The notes: generated from the sequence alone by a model not told the origin. A stretch of DNA of 61,326 bases from Gemmatimonadales bacterium (GCA_041613315.1 JBFJHJ010000016.1:1-61326); one strand, 5' to 3'. Counted from the stretch's first letter, positions 42,393-52,533 are shown. Translations and numbers: made by a program.

Positions 42393-43300
42393 GCCACGCG
42401 GTCGGGGTAGACGCCGGGGCGTCGCACACCGAGGCGGTCGTGGTGGACCGCGATCGCCGCGAGGTCGCTCGCCACCGTGGCGCGCCGGGCGCGGTCCGCC
42501 CCGGGGGCGCCGACCGCGCGGCCGCCGCCATCGCGGCCACGATCCGGGAGGCGGTGGCCGCCGCGGGTCCCGAGCCCGTCGTGGCGGCCGTGGTGGTCGG
42601 CGCGGCCGGCGCCGGCCGGGAAGCCGAGCGCCGCGCGCTCGGCGAGGCGCTGCGCGCGCGCCTCGAGCACGCGCCGGCGATCCACGTGCTCACCGATGTC
42701 GAGATCGCGCTCGAATCAGTCTTCCCCGAGAAACCAGGGATCGTCGTGATCGCCGGTTCCGGATCGGTGGCGTGTGCCCGTGACCCGGAGTGGCGCGTGC
42801 GCCGCGCCGGTGGGCTCGGTTGGCAGCTCGGCGATGAGGGGAGCGGGTACGCGGTGGGCCGCGCCGCGCTGGCCGCGGTGGGACGTGCCGCCGACGGGCG
42901 GGGCCCGCACACGGCGCTCAGCGCCGCCGTGGCGCGAGCGGCCGCGGCTCGGACCCTGGACGATGTGATCCGCTGGGCTCAGGGCGCCTCGCCGCGCGAG
43001 GTCGCGGCGCTGGCTGAGGCCGTGTGCCGCGTGGCGGTGGACGGGGACACCGCCGCCCGCGAGATCGTCGCGCGAGCCGGCCGGGATCTGGCTCAGCTCG
43101 TCGGGGCGCTCCTCCCGCACGTGGGAGCGGGCGCGAGCGTGCCCGTGGCGGCCGGTGGCGGGCTGCTTCGGCCGCCGTCGCCTATTCGGACGGCGTTCGC
43201 CGAGGCCGTGCGGGCCCAGCACGCGCGGGCGACCCTGGTCGAGGCGACCGTGGACGCCGCGTGGGGCGCGGCGACACTGGCGCTCAAGCTCCCCCGGTAG
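42389..43300 (+). CDS. BadF/BadG-type N-acetylglucosamine/N-acetylmuramate kinase
   Basis: GVDAGASHT, IAGSGS, RAGGLGWQLGDEGSGY. Confidence 0.88.
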   Translation: MSHAVGVDAGASHTEAVVVDRDRREVARHRGAPGAVRPGGADRAAAAIAATIREAVAAAGPEPVVAAVVVGAAGAGREAERRALGEALRARLEHAPAIHVLTDVEIALESVFPEKPGIVVIAGSGSVACARDPEWRVRRAGGLGWQLGDEGSGYAVGRAALAAVGRAADGRGPHTALSAAVARAAAARTLDDVIRWAQGASPREVAALAEAVCRVAVDGDTAAREIVARAGRDLAQLVGALLPHVGAGASVPVAAGGGLLRPPSPIRTAFAEAVRAQHARATLVEATVDAAWGAATLALKLPR

Positions 43301-43378
43301 CCTCCCCCCGACCGCCGCCAGGGGTGAGTCACGGTTGGCGGCACCCCCGAAGGTCACAGCCCCGGATCGGCCGGCCGG

Positions 43379-44155
43379 TCAGGGCGTGTAGCTGACCGTG
43401 AGCCGACCGTTGACCGGCGCGCCGCTGAAGGTGCGCGCCGGGTAGAACGTCCATTGATGCAGGCGCTCCAGGAGCTTCTTGCGGAACGACGCATCGGCGA
43501 TGGCCGGCTCGATCTCCACTTTCGTCACGCGGCCCTGCGCATCCACCCAGAAATGGAGCTTGAACTCGCGCCCCTTGATCGACGACGGAGCGTCCTCGAA
43601 GGGGAAGGCGACGACGCGGACCTCGGGGGCGCGGACGGTGCCGCCGTCGCCGCCGGTACCGGGGCCGATGGCCGTGCCGACGCCGGTCCCTTGGCCGGCG
43701 CCGACGCCGCCGCCGGTGCCGGGCCCCGCGCCGGGGCCGCCGGTGGTGCCGCCGATATTCGCAACGTCCCGGGGGGGAATCAGGAGCTGGGTCTCGACGG
43801 CGGTCTCGAGGCGCGTGGGCTCGGGCGTGATCGCGGCGAGCTCCGGCTCAGGGAGCGTGAGCGCCGGCTCAGGCACTGGCACCGGCGGCGGGACCGCTTG
43901 AGCCGCCGCCGGCTTGGCGGGCCCAAGTGGCGGGAGTTGGATGAAGTCGATCTTGGCGCCGAGCCCACCGCCGCCGCCCCCCGGATCCCCTGGCCCGAGC
44001 CCCAGCCCGCGGGCGTAGTCCGCCAGCGCCGGCCCGCCCAGGATGAGGGCGAGGAGGAGAGCCACGTGCAGCAGCGCCGCGAGGCCGATGCCCGCGCCGA
44101 ACGGGCGGTCGGTCCGGGGCAGCCGCACGGTCGGGGTGCGCCTGGAACCACTCAT
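43379..44155 (-). CDS. TonB-like protein with Pro/Gly-rich linker
   Basis: N-terminal TM with LLH, Pro/Glu and Gly-rich linker, C-terminal VDAQGRV...WTFYPA. Confidence 0.75.
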   Translation of the reverse strand: MSGSRRTPTVRLPRTDRPFGAGIGLAALLHVALLLALILGGPALADYARGLGLGPGDPGGGGGGLGAKIDFIQLPPLGPAKPAAAQAVPPPVPVPEPALTLPEPELAAITPEPTRLETAVETQLLIPPRDVANIGGTTGGPGAGPGTGGGVGAGQGTGVGTAIGPGTGGDGGTVRAPEVRVVAFPFEDAPSSIKGREFKLHFWVDAQGRVTKVEIEPAIADASFRKKLLERLHQWTFYPARTFSGAPVNGRLTVSYTP

Positions 44156-44236
44156 CGGACTCTCATACACCAACGGGCGCGGAAGCCTTCCCGGTTCCCG
44201 CGCCCGCGCCCACGCTCCGACCCGTCGGCGGAGGGG

Positions 44237-44665
44237 CTACTGCCCTTCGCTCTTCTCCGACGGCGTGAACCCAAGCACCTGGACGCCGGCGCCGCGGGCC
44301 ATGTCCATCGCGTCGATGACTTCCTTGTACTTCCGGTTCCCCGCCGCCTTGACGAACAGGATCTTGGCGGGCCGGTTGTCGTAGATCTCGTGGAACCGCG
44401 CGTAAAGCTGCTCCAAGGCGATCGGCTCGTTGTTGATGGCATAGGAGCCGTCGGCCAGGAGCTCCAGCACGATGTTGTTGCTGGGCGTGTCCGGCTGCTG
44501 CTGGTTCTGCTGCTGGGCGGGCGGGACTTGGGAATCCATCACCTTCCGCGACAGCGGGATCTGCATCATGAAAATGATGAGCAGAACCAGCAAGATGTCG
44601 ATCATCGGGACGACGTTCGGGTCCTTGTTGAACCCGCCGCCGCTCTTGGGGATATCGAGCGCCAT
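44237..44665 (-). CDS. exbD: ExbD/TolR family protein
   Basis: PNVVPMIDILLVLLIIFM. Confidence 0.92.
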   Translation of the reverse strand: MALDIPKSGGGFNKDPNVVPMIDILLVLLIIFMMQIPLSRKVMDSQVPPAQQQNQQQPDTPSNNIVLELLADGSYAINNEPIALEQLYARFHEIYDNRPAKILFVKAAGNRKYKEVIDAMDMARGAGVQVLGFTPSEKSEGQ

Positions 44666-44667
44666 GG

Positions 44668-45123
44668 CTACCGCCTCCCGCCGAAGATGGCGCCTTCGCG
44701 GCGCTGCTCGGTGACGGCGGCCATCACGCGGACGCCCGCCTTGCGAGCCACCTCGATCGCTTCCTGGATCTTCTCGAAGTCGAGGTTCTGGTCGGCGCGG
44801 AAGTAGAGGATCTTGTCCTTGGTCCGGGCCTCGAACACCGCCCGGAGGGTCTCTTCGAGGCGATCACGCGGCACGGCGCCGATTCTCCCCGTGCCGGGGT
44901 CGAGGAAGAAGGCGCCCTCGTTGTCGATACCGAGCATGACATCTTCCGACTCTTCCGGGCGCGGCTCGGTGTTGGAGGCCATCGGCATCTGTGCCTGGAA
45001 GCCAGCCGAGATCACCGGCGTCACGATCATGAAGATGATCAGCAACACCAGCATGATGTCGATCATGGGAACGACGTTGGGCTCAGCCTTGAGGGAGCCT
45101 TCGTCGCCGACTTGCATGGCCAT
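44668..45123 (-). CDS. exbD: ExbD/TolR family protein
   Basis: PNVVPMIDIMLVLLIIFMIVTP, FRADQ. Confidence 0.92.
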   Translation of the reverse strand: MAMQVGDEGSLKAEPNVVPMIDIMLVLLIIFMIVTPVISAGFQAQMPMASNTEPRPEESEDVMLGIDNEGAFFLDPGTGRIGAVPRDRLEETLRAVFEARTKDKILYFRADQNLDFEKIQEAIEVARKAGVRVMAAVTEQRREGAIFGGRR

Positions 45124-45167
45124 CGGTCAGCACTCCTTCCCGGCGGTCGCCGGTGTGCGGGAGCCGC

Positions 45168-45929
45168 TCACTTGCTGACGTGCCCGCTCTGCGCCGCCTG
45201 CTGGGCCTTGAACTCCTTGGTGAAGATCGACCGGCCGAACTCGCTGCCGACGCTCTTGATCAGGAAGTCCACCAGCTCCTTCGACGTGTAGGTCATCTCG
45301 ACCGTGAGGTTCTCCACCTTCGTCTGGAAGTAGTTGTAGAGCCACACGGCGGGGATGGCCACCCCGAGGCCGAACGCGGTCGTGATGAGCGCCTCGGCAA
45401 TCCCTGCCGAGACCGCCGCCAGGCCGCCGGACCCCGACTCCGCCATGCCGGTGAAGGAGTTCACGATGCCCATCGTCGTGCCGAGCAGGCCCACGAACGG
45501 CGCGGTCGCGCCGACGGTGGCGAGGAGGCCCAGCCCCCGCTTCAGCTCGGCGAGGAGGATCAGCATCTGGCGCTCGATCGCCCGCTCTGCCGAGTTGATG
45601 TCGCCGCTCGTGATCGTCGCCCGATCACGGAGCAGCGGCTTGACCTCGGCGAGCGCCTCGCCCAGCACCCGCGCGACGTGCGAGACGCGGGACTTGTCCG
45701 CCAGCTGGATCGCCGCGTCGAGCTGCTCCTCCTGCAGGAAGCGCGCGAACTCGGGGGCGAACTTCGCCGTCTCTTTCATCGACTTGCGGAAGCGCCACCA
45801 CTTCTGCGCTCCGACGCCGAGGGAGATGACCGACATGACCGCGAGGATCACGATAATGCCTTTGGCGAACAAGCCGGCGTCGTTCCACAGAACCAGCAGG
45901 GACATCTGCAACAGGACAGGGACGTACAT
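45168..45929 (-). CDS. exbB: MotA/TolQ/ExbB proton channel protein
   Basis: ATAPFVGLLGT, GIAEALITTAFGLGVAIPA. Confidence 0.93.
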   Translation of the reverse strand: MYVPVLLQMSLLVLWNDAGLFAKGIIVILAVMSVISLGVGAQKWWRFRKSMKETAKFAPEFARFLQEEQLDAAIQLADKSRVSHVARVLGEALAEVKPLLRDRATITSGDINSAERAIERQMLILLAELKRGLGLLATVGATAPFVGLLGTTMGIVNSFTGMAESGSGGLAAVSAGIAEALITTAFGLGVAIPAVWLYNYFQTKVENLTVEMTYTSKELVDFLIKSVGSEFGRSIFTKEFKAQQAAQSGHVSK

Positions 45930-45992
45930 ACTCAGGGCCTCCGTTCCTAGATGCTACGACAGGGTTCCACGACCGCGATCGGCGTGCCGCCG

Positions 45993-46700
45993 CTATCGCG
46001 CCAAGGTGAAGTTGATCGGCATTTGCACCAGCACCCGCACGGGGCGGCCCCGTACGCGACCCGGCCGGAAGAGGCACTTGGCGATCATGTCCTTCGCTGG
46101 TCCCTCGAACGCGCGGTGCGAGGAATGCTGGGTCTTGATCGTGCCGCCCTCGACGTGCCCGGTCGTGTCCACGACGAACTGGAGCAGCACTTGCCCCTCG
46201 ATGTTTGCCTGCTGCATCATCCGCGGATAGTCGGGGACCGGACACGAGATGCGGTCCGGAACTTCGTCCACGACGGCCTCCGCAAAGACCTGCGTCAGGT
46301 CCACCGGCCCCGTGCCTCCCGTGACGCCGCTGAAGACGCCGCCTTCGACGCCGACACCGCTGTAGTCACGGGGGTCGAACCGCTGGTTCAGGTCGATGGG
46401 CGGAATCTCCCGCGGGATATTCACGGGCGCGCTGAGCACCTGGAATCCTCTGGGGGGCGGATTGAGGGACGTGATGACGGGTGGGGGTGGCTCGTCGGGC
46501 TCCTGCTCGGGCTCATCGAAGGTGAGCATGATCGTGTCCATGTCCACTCCGCTCGCCGCCTGCACGCCCGTCATCGTGGCGAACACCGCGGCAGTGATAA
46601 CACCGAAGTGGACGATGACCGAGAGAAACGTGCTCGAGAGCGCACCTTTCAACCCCTGCCGACGGTTCTTCGGATTCGATTCGACGAGATTATCGAACAC
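45993..46700 (-). CDS. tonB: Energy transducer TonB
   Basis: SVIVH TM motif, EPPPP linker, YP...IEGQVLLQFVVDTTG...FRPG. Confidence 0.92.
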   Translation of the reverse strand: MFDNLVESNPKNRRQGLKGALSSTFLSVIVHFGVITAAVFATMTGVQAASGVDMDTIMLTFDEPEQEPDEPPPPVITSLNPPPRGFQVLSAPVNIPREIPPIDLNQRFDPRDYSGVGVEGGVFSGVTGGTGPVDLTQVFAEAVVDEVPDRISCPVPDYPRMMQQANIEGQVLLQFVVDTTGHVEGGTIKTQHSSHRAFEGPAKDMIAKCLFRPGRVRGRPVRVLVQMPINFTLAR

Positions 46701-46856
46701 GCCACACCTCCTCCGGCTCGCGGAGCATTGCTAGTGTATTGTATCCCGCGTCACAGACGCCCGCTAGGGCGGTGCGCAACGGTTCGCTGGGCAAGGGATT
46801 ACAAAGAGATGAAAATCCGGTTACGAGTCCGGTCAACCCGCCCGGCGAGCAGGCGC

Positions 46857-48320
46857 TCAGTTCGGGCTGGGCGCCGGGTGGCCGATCGGGAGGGTCACAG
46901 TGACGGTGGTGCCCCGCCCGGGCCGGCTCTCGAGGGCGATCGATCCCCCGTGGGCTTCGGCGATCCACTTGCAGATGGCGAGGCCGAGCCCGGCGCCCGG
47001 GCGCTGGCCGGTCCGGCTCCGCGCGGGATCCGCCCGCCAGAAGCGATCGAAGACGTGCGGCAGATCCCCCGGCGCGATCCCGATCCCCGTGTCCCGTACC
47101 GTGACCACGACCACCGCGTCACGCACGACGGATCCGATGCCCACGGTGCCCCCCGCCGGGGTGTACTTGACGGCGTTCGTCACGAGGTTGAGGAGCAGCT
47201 GTCGCACCCGGCTCCGGTCGGCTTCGAGCGGGAGCGGGCGGGCCGGCACCTCGACGGCCACCTGCACGGCGCCTTGCTCTCCGAGGATGCTCGCCGTCTC
47301 GGCCACTTCCTCCAGGATCTCCCGAAAGTCCAGCGTCTCCACGTGCAGCGGCGCGCGCCCCTCGTCGGCCCGTGCCAGCATCAGGAGGGCGTCGACCAGT
47401 TCCGTCATCCGGTTGACCTCGGACAGCGTCTCCTCGAGGATCTCCAGCACGTCGGCCGGCGCCCCGGGATAGGTGAGCGACCGCTCGATGCCCGAGCGCA
47501 GCACGGTGAGCGGCGTCTTGAGCTCGTGGCTCGCGTCGGCGGTGAAACGCCGTAGGGCGAGGAAGCTCCGCTCCAACCGACCCAACATCTCGTTCAGCGT
47601 GGTGGTCAGGCGTGCCAGCTCGTCGTGGGTGGGCGAGGGGGCCAGGCGCCGGTGGAGACTGCGGCCGTCGGTGATCGCCTCCACCTCGTCGACGATGCTG
47701 TCGACAGGTTCGAGGGTTCGCCCCACCAGGTGGTAGCCGATGGCCGTCGAGGCGACGAGGATGAAGGGCGCGACGACCAGCATCGCCGTCAAGAGACGTT
47801 GCGGCCCCAACTCCGTGCCGGCGGTCGACACGGCCGACACGACGGCCGTCACCTGCCCGCCCGCCTCGGTCACGCGCCGAACGTCGTAGCGCACTTGTCC
47901 CGCCGGCGGGCCCAGGTCGACGAGGCCGAACCCGCCGGCCGGGTCCGCCCGGCCGGTAGCGTCGAGGAGGATCTGGCTCGCCGCGAAGGGGAGCGCGCGG
48001 GCCTCGGGCGACAGGAAGACCACCGCCCACTCGCCGCCCAGCACCATCACGATGCCCGGCACGCCCTCGAGCAGCGCGGCCACGTCCGGCCGCAGGATGA
48101 TGCGACCGTCCTGCGGATCGCGGACGATCACGCTGTCCCGGGCGCGGTACGACTCCCCCAGCATCGCCGCGAGGAGATCGGACTCGATCCGCAGCCGGCT
48201 GTCGAGTTGGGCGAAGCTCTGGCCGCGCTGGACCAGATAGATGACCCCCGCGAAGACGAACATGGTGGCGGTCATCGCCACGGCGTACCACACTGCGAGA
48301 CGGCCCCGGATGGTCGGCAT
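46857..48320 (-). CDS. Membrane sensor histidine kinase (HAMP-HisKA-HATPase; CusS/CzcS-like)
   Basis: DELARL, FTADASHELKTPL, NAVKY, DTGIG, GAGLGLAI. Confidence 0.95.
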   Translation of the reverse strand: MPTIRGRLAVWYAVAMTATMFVFAGVIYLVQRGQSFAQLDSRLRIESDLLAAMLGESYRARDSVIVRDPQDGRIILRPDVAALLEGVPGIVMVLGGEWAVVFLSPEARALPFAASQILLDATGRADPAGGFGLVDLGPPAGQVRYDVRRVTEAGGQVTAVVSAVSTAGTELGPQRLLTAMLVVAPFILVASTAIGYHLVGRTLEPVDSIVDEVEAITDGRSLHRRLAPSPTHDELARLTTTLNEMLGRLERSFLALRRFTADASHELKTPLTVLRSGIERSLTYPGAPADVLEILEETLSEVNRMTELVDALLMLARADEGRAPLHVETLDFREILEEVAETASILGEQGAVQVAVEVPARPLPLEADRSRVRQLLLNLVTNAVKYTPAGGTVGIGSVVRDAVVVVTVRDTGIGIAPGDLPHVFDRFWRADPARSRTGQRPGAGLGLAICKWIAEAHGGSIALESRPGRGTTVTVTLPIGHPAPSPN

Positions 48321-48325
48321 CGCGC

Positions 48326-49000
48326 CTAGCTGCCGGCTCTCAGGACGTAGCCGACGCCGCGTACGGTGTGGATGAGCTTGGGCGAGAAGTGCTGGTCCAC
48401 CTTCCGGCGGAGCCGGTTGATCACCACGTCCACGATGTTGGTGCCGGGATCGAAATGGTAATCCCAGGCGTACTCCGTGATGAGTGTGCGGGACATGACC
48501 CGTCCCGCGTTGCGGGCCAGATACTCGAGCACGAGGTATTCCTTGGGCGTGAGCTCCACCACCCGGTCGCCGCGCCGCACCTCATGCTTCCCGGTATCGA
48601 GCACGAGATCGGCGACCTCCAGGACCGGCGAGATGATCTCTTTGGGACGGCGGCCCAGGGCTTCGACCCGGGCCAGGAGCTCCTCGAAGGCGAACGGTTT
48701 CGTGACGTAGTCATCCGCGCCGATCCGGAGCGCCTGTACCTTCGACTCGACGGCGTCCTGGGCCGTGAGGACGAGCACCGGCGTCGGGACACCCCGATCC
48801 CGCAGCGTCCGCAACACCTCGATCCCCGAAATGCCCGGCAACCGGAGGTCGAGGACGATGACGTCGTACACGGTCTCTGACGCGCGACTCAGTGCCTCCT
48901 GCCCCTCGGCCACGAGGTCGACAGTGTAGCGCTGTTCCTCCAACCCGCGCAGCAGGTGCTGCCCCACCGTGCGGTCGTCCTCGATGACGAGGACCTTCAC
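48326..49000 (-). CDS. OmpR-family response regulator (CusR/CzcR-like)
   Basis: VLVIEDD, LDLRLP, GADDYVTKPF, IHTVRGVGY; GTG overlaps upstream kinase stop. Confidence 0.95.
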   Translation of the reverse strand: MKVLVIEDDRTVGQHLLRGLEEQRYTVDLVAEGQEALSRASETVYDVIVLDLRLPGISGIEVLRTLRDRGVPTPVLVLTAQDAVESKVQALRIGADDYVTKPFAFEELLARVEALGRRPKEIISPVLEVADLVLDTGKHEVRRGDRVVELTPKEYLVLEYLARNAGRVMSRTLITEYAWDYHFDPGTNIVDVVINRLRRKVDQHFSPKLIHTVRGVGYVLRAGS

Positions 49001-50583
49001 GCCTCTCGCTCCGGGCCGTCTCCGATGGGGAGCACCACCTTGAATACGGTACCGTGGTCGACCTGGGAATCCACTAGGATTCGCCCGCGGTGCTCCTGCA
49101 CGATGCCGTAGCAAATCGACAGGCCGAGCCCCGTGCCCCGTCCCGGCTGCTTCGTGGTGAAGAACGGCTCGAAGATCTTGGGCAACTCTTCCCGCGGGAT
49201 GCCGGCGCCCGTGTCGCGGAACTCCACGAACAGCTCGTCGCTCCGCTCCGGGTTCCGGCCGGTCCGGACGGTGAGTACGCCTTGCCCCTCCATCGCGTCG
49301 ATCGCATTCAGCATGAGGGCGAGGAAGACCTGGATGAGCTGCTCGATGTTGGCATGGATCCGGGGTAGATCAGCCGCGAGGTCGCGCTCCAGGGTAATCC
49401 GCTTGAAGCGTTTGTGGTGCCGGACGAGGAAGAGCGCGTCCTCCACCACCTGGTTCAGTCGCGCGGGTCGCTTGACCCGGGCCTTGGGCCTGGAGAAGTC
49501 GAGCAGCCCGTCCACGATTGCTTTGCAGCGGCCGAGCTCCGAGTCGATGATCCGCAGGTATTCCTCGAGGCCCTGACGCGCGGCCGGGGGAACCTCCTCC
49601 GCGCGCACCCCGAGCGCTTCCACACACGCTCCGATGGTCGCCAGAGGATTGTTGATCTCGTGCATCACGCCCGCCGCGAGTTGCCCGATCGCCGCGAGCT
49701 TCTCCGTTTCGGCGATCCGCTGCTGCACCATCACCCAAGCCGTGATGTCCTCGCCGATGGTGATGACGTGCGTGACATCGTCGTCGTCGAGGCGCATCGG
49801 GATCTTGCTGATCCGGTAGTGGCGGATCTCGCCCTGCGCTTCCGACTCCACCTCCATCTGCTCGATCTGCCCGGTCGTGAAGACGCGATCGAACTCGCGC
49901 TGGAGCAGCGCCTTCGGCTGCCGCTGCAGGACCTCGAAGACCGTACGGCCCAGCACTTCGTCCCGGCCGATCCCCAGGGTCCCCGTCTCGCGCTTGCGGT
50001 TCCACGCCTGGATCCGGTACTGCCGGTTGACGACGTACAGCCCCACCGGTAGTGAATCGATGATCTTCGCCGTGAAGCGCCGCTGCGCCTCGATCTCGCG
50101 CGTCCCGAGCGCGACCTCGCTGGCGAGGTCCTCGGAGAGCTCGATCGCGGCCAGGAGAGGCGACAGAATGTCCGCGACGATCTTCACGACGTGGCGCAGC
50201 GTCGGGGCGTCGTCGCCATCGTCCAGCGTCGCCTCGAGGAGCCCGAGCTCCTCCCCCTCGTGCACCAGCGGGAAGCGCAGCCGCCACACCTGGCCGTCGC
50301 GCTCGCTCCACTCGCGCTCGCTCACCCAGCGGGCGACGGCCTGGGCGTAGTCCGGGCCGGGGAGGCGATCGCCGTCGCTGACGAAGGCTCGGAACCCGGC
50401 CCCGTCCGGTGTGCGGACCCACACGCGACAGGCATCGCTGAGGAGGCCGCGGCACAGCGCGCCCGCGACCCGCTGCAGCACGTCGTCGCTGCTGAGGCCC
50501 GCCGCCATGTAGCCGGCGATCTCGGCCAGAATCCGGAGCCCACGGTGGTCGAGGGGCCGCTCGATTTCGGCGGATTTGCGCAT
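48997..50583 (-). CDS. Cytoplasmic GAF-PAS histidine kinase (NtrB-like)
   Basis: PAS IIDSLPVG...WN, EKLAAIGQLAAGVMHEINNPL, FEPFFTTK, GTGLGLS. Confidence 0.93.
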   Translation of the reverse strand: MRKSAEIERPLDHRGLRILAEIAGYMAAGLSSDDVLQRVAGALCRGLLSDACRVWVRTPDGAGFRAFVSDGDRLPGPDYAQAVARWVSEREWSERDGQVWRLRFPLVHEGEELGLLEATLDDGDDAPTLRHVVKIVADILSPLLAAIELSEDLASEVALGTREIEAQRRFTAKIIDSLPVGLYVVNRQYRIQAWNRKRETGTLGIGRDEVLGRTVFEVLQRQPKALLQREFDRVFTTGQIEQMEVESEAQGEIRHYRISKIPMRLDDDDVTHVITIGEDITAWVMVQQRIAETEKLAAIGQLAAGVMHEINNPLATIGACVEALGVRAEEVPPAARQGLEEYLRIIDSELGRCKAIVDGLLDFSRPKARVKRPARLNQVVEDALFLVRHHKRFKRITLERDLAADLPRIHANIEQLIQVFLALMLNAIDAMEGQGVLTVRTGRNPERSDELFVEFRDTGAGIPREELPKIFEPFFTTKQPGRGTGLGLSICYGIVQEHRGRILVDSQVDHGTVFKVVLPIGDGPEREA

Positions 50584-50731
50584 TATCGGGAACGTACGGG
50601 AGCCGGAGCGGCGCGACAAGATGAACACGTGAGCGAGGTTGCCCCCGAACCCGGGGGGCCGGGGCACGTGCTAGGGCGCAGCCCACGCACCGCCGAACAC
50701 GGTCCCGAGCCGGGGGCAGTGGGGAGAAAAG

Positions 50732-50746
50732 GCAACTCTCGTGCCA
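50732..50746 (-). promoter_or_regulatory. Sigma54 -24/-12 promoter
   Basis: TGGCAC-GAGAG-TTGC on the minus strand, about 150 bp upstream of the kinase. Confidence 0.75.
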
Positions 50747-50998
50747 GGGGCTGCACGACCCGCAGATCCAGGCGGGAGGCGCGTAACCGCCGGAACAGCG
50801 AAGGGTTACGGCAGCCCCGCAGGGCCTGTGTCGCGCATCACAGGGGTCGGCGTCGACGCTGGGGTTGGACTTCTGCGAATCGCGGAGGCGCGTTCCCACG
50901 CGCCGGCGACCGACGCGCCGCTCACCGTGTGATCGGGGTCACCTAACGCGACGAGAATGGCGGCCGTGGTGGGCGGGCCAACCGTCGTCCGTCCGGGT

Positions 50999-51475
50999 TC
51001 AGGCGAGCGCCTCCAACTGGCGCAGCAGCTCGGCGTTCTCGCGCCGGTGCCCCAGTTCCCGCTCGAGATGGGCCCACCGGACGATCCCGGCCCGGTCCAC
51101 GATGAAGTACGCCCGCTGCGAGAAGAAGAGGTCGTCGATGAGCGTGCCGTAGGTGCGGCTGACCATGCGTTTGAAATCGCTCAGGAGATCGATACCGATG
51201 CCGTGTTGCGCCTTGAAGGCGCTGAGCGTCGGGACCGAGTCGACGCTGATGCCGAGCACCGTGGCGTCCAACGCTTCGAAGCGAGAGAAGTCCGCACTGA
51301 ACGCACACAGCTCCGCCGTGCATACACTGGTGAACGCCAAGGGGAAAAAGGCCAACACCACGTTTGACCGATCGCGGTAGTCGGACAAGCTGATGTCGCG
51401 ACCGGCGGTGGACGGCAGCGTGAAGTCGTGCGCCGGCTGGCCCGGCGCGGGTGGCGCGGAGGTGCGGTCGACCAT
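50999..51475 (-). CDS. Peroxiredoxin (AhpE/BCP-like, Cys-containing)
   Basis: [35 protein letters not shown]. Confidence 0.92.
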   Translation of the reverse strand: MVDRTSAPPAPGQPAHDFTLPSTAGRDISLSDYRDRSNVVLAFFPLAFTSVCTAELCAFSADFSRFEALDATVLGISVDSVPTLSAFKAQHGIGIDLLSDFKRMVSRTYGTLIDDLFFSQRAYFIVDRAGIVRWAHLERELGHRRENAELLRQLEALA

Positions 51476-51648
51476 GAGCGGTGCTTCCTCGGGTGCGGTG
51501 AACGCGCGGGGACGGACGCGGCTCGAGACATCCCTCGCGCGGGAGGCCCGCCGCGCTCCCTTGTGTTCGACCCCGTCGCGTGTCTATTTACTAGGCCCGC
51601 GCTCTAGTATGCGCGAGTTCGCAGCCTTCAGCAAAGGAGTCGCCCCCG

Positions 51649-52263
51649 ATGGCCTACGAGCTTCCGAAACTCCCCTACGCGTTCAACGCGCTCGAGCCCC
51701 ACATCGACGCGCAGACGATGGAGATCCATCATACGAAGCACCACGCCGGATACGTCACCAAGCTGAACGCGGCGATCGAGAAGCACGCCGACCTGCAGAA
51801 GAAGACGATCGAGCAGTTGCTGGCCGGCATCAACAGCGTGCCGGAGAGCATCCGCACGGCGGTGCGCAACAACGGGGGCGGCCACGCCAACCACTCGCTC
51901 TTTTGGCAGATCATGAGCCCCAAGGGTGGCGGGGAGCCGAAAGGCAAACTGGCCGACGCACTCACGAAGACCTTCGGCGACTTCGCCGGCTTTCAGAAGC
52001 AGTTCAGCGACGCCGCCGCCGGCCGGTTCGGCAGCGGCTGGGCGTGGCTCGTCGTGAAGGGGGGGAAGGTCGCCGTCGAGAGCACGGCGAACCAGGACAG
52101 CCCGCACATGGAGGGGAAGACGCCGATCCTCGGACTCGACGTCTGGGAACACGCCTACTACCTCAAGTACCAGAACCGTCGGCCCGACTACATCGCGGCC
52201 TGGTGGAACGTCGTGAACTGGGCAGACGTCGGGAAGCGGTTCGAGAAAGCCGCGGGAAGCTGA
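51649..52263 (+). CDS. sodA: Superoxide dismutase, Mn-type signature
   Basis: [28 protein letters not shown]. Confidence 0.95.
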   Translation: MAYELPKLPYAFNALEPHIDAQTMEIHHTKHHAGYVTKLNAAIEKHADLQKKTIEQLLAGINSVPESIRTAVRNNGGGHANHSLFWQIMSPKGGGEPKGKLADALTKTFGDFAGFQKQFSDAAAGRFGSGWAWLVVKGGKVAVESTANQDSPHMEGKTPILGLDVWEHAYYLKYQNRRPDYIAAWWNVVNWADVGKRFEKAAGS

Positions 52264-52321
52264 GGGCGCCGACCCCCCCCGGCGCGGTGTGGTGATCCCG
52301 CCGGGCATCCGGCACCCCTCA

Positions 52322-52394
52322 TGGAGCGGACGGGATTCGAACCCGTGACCCCCTGCTTGCAAAGCAGGCGCTCTCCCAGCTGAGCTACCGCCCC
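52322..52394 (-). tRNA. tRNA-Ala(TGC), CCA not encoded
   Basis: GGGGCGGTAGCTCAGCTGGGAGAGCGCCTGCTTTGCAAGCAGG...GGTTCGAATCCCGTCCGCTCCA; G3:U70 pair. Confidence 0.96.
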
Positions 52395-52473
52395 GGCCGG
52401 CCAGTAAGATAGGCGGGCCGGGTGCCAATTGCCCAGCGGATCGACGATCCGCGACCGGCAACCAGCACAACCC

Positions 52474-52522
52474 GCGGTCAGCCGTCCGCGATCGGGAGGC
52501 TCGCGTCCGGACGGCTGACCGC
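52474..52522. repeat. 15-bp perfect inverted repeat (long hairpin)
   Basis: GCGGTCAGCCGTCCG (52474-52488) / CGGACGGCTGACCGC (52508-52522), just downstream of the M16 gene. Confidence 0.75.
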
Positions 52523-52533
52523 CGATCGCCCCC

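Noticed and set aside
43640..44000. GGC-rich repetitive DNA
   Set aside because: Encodes the Gly/Pro-rich linker of the TonB-like protein.
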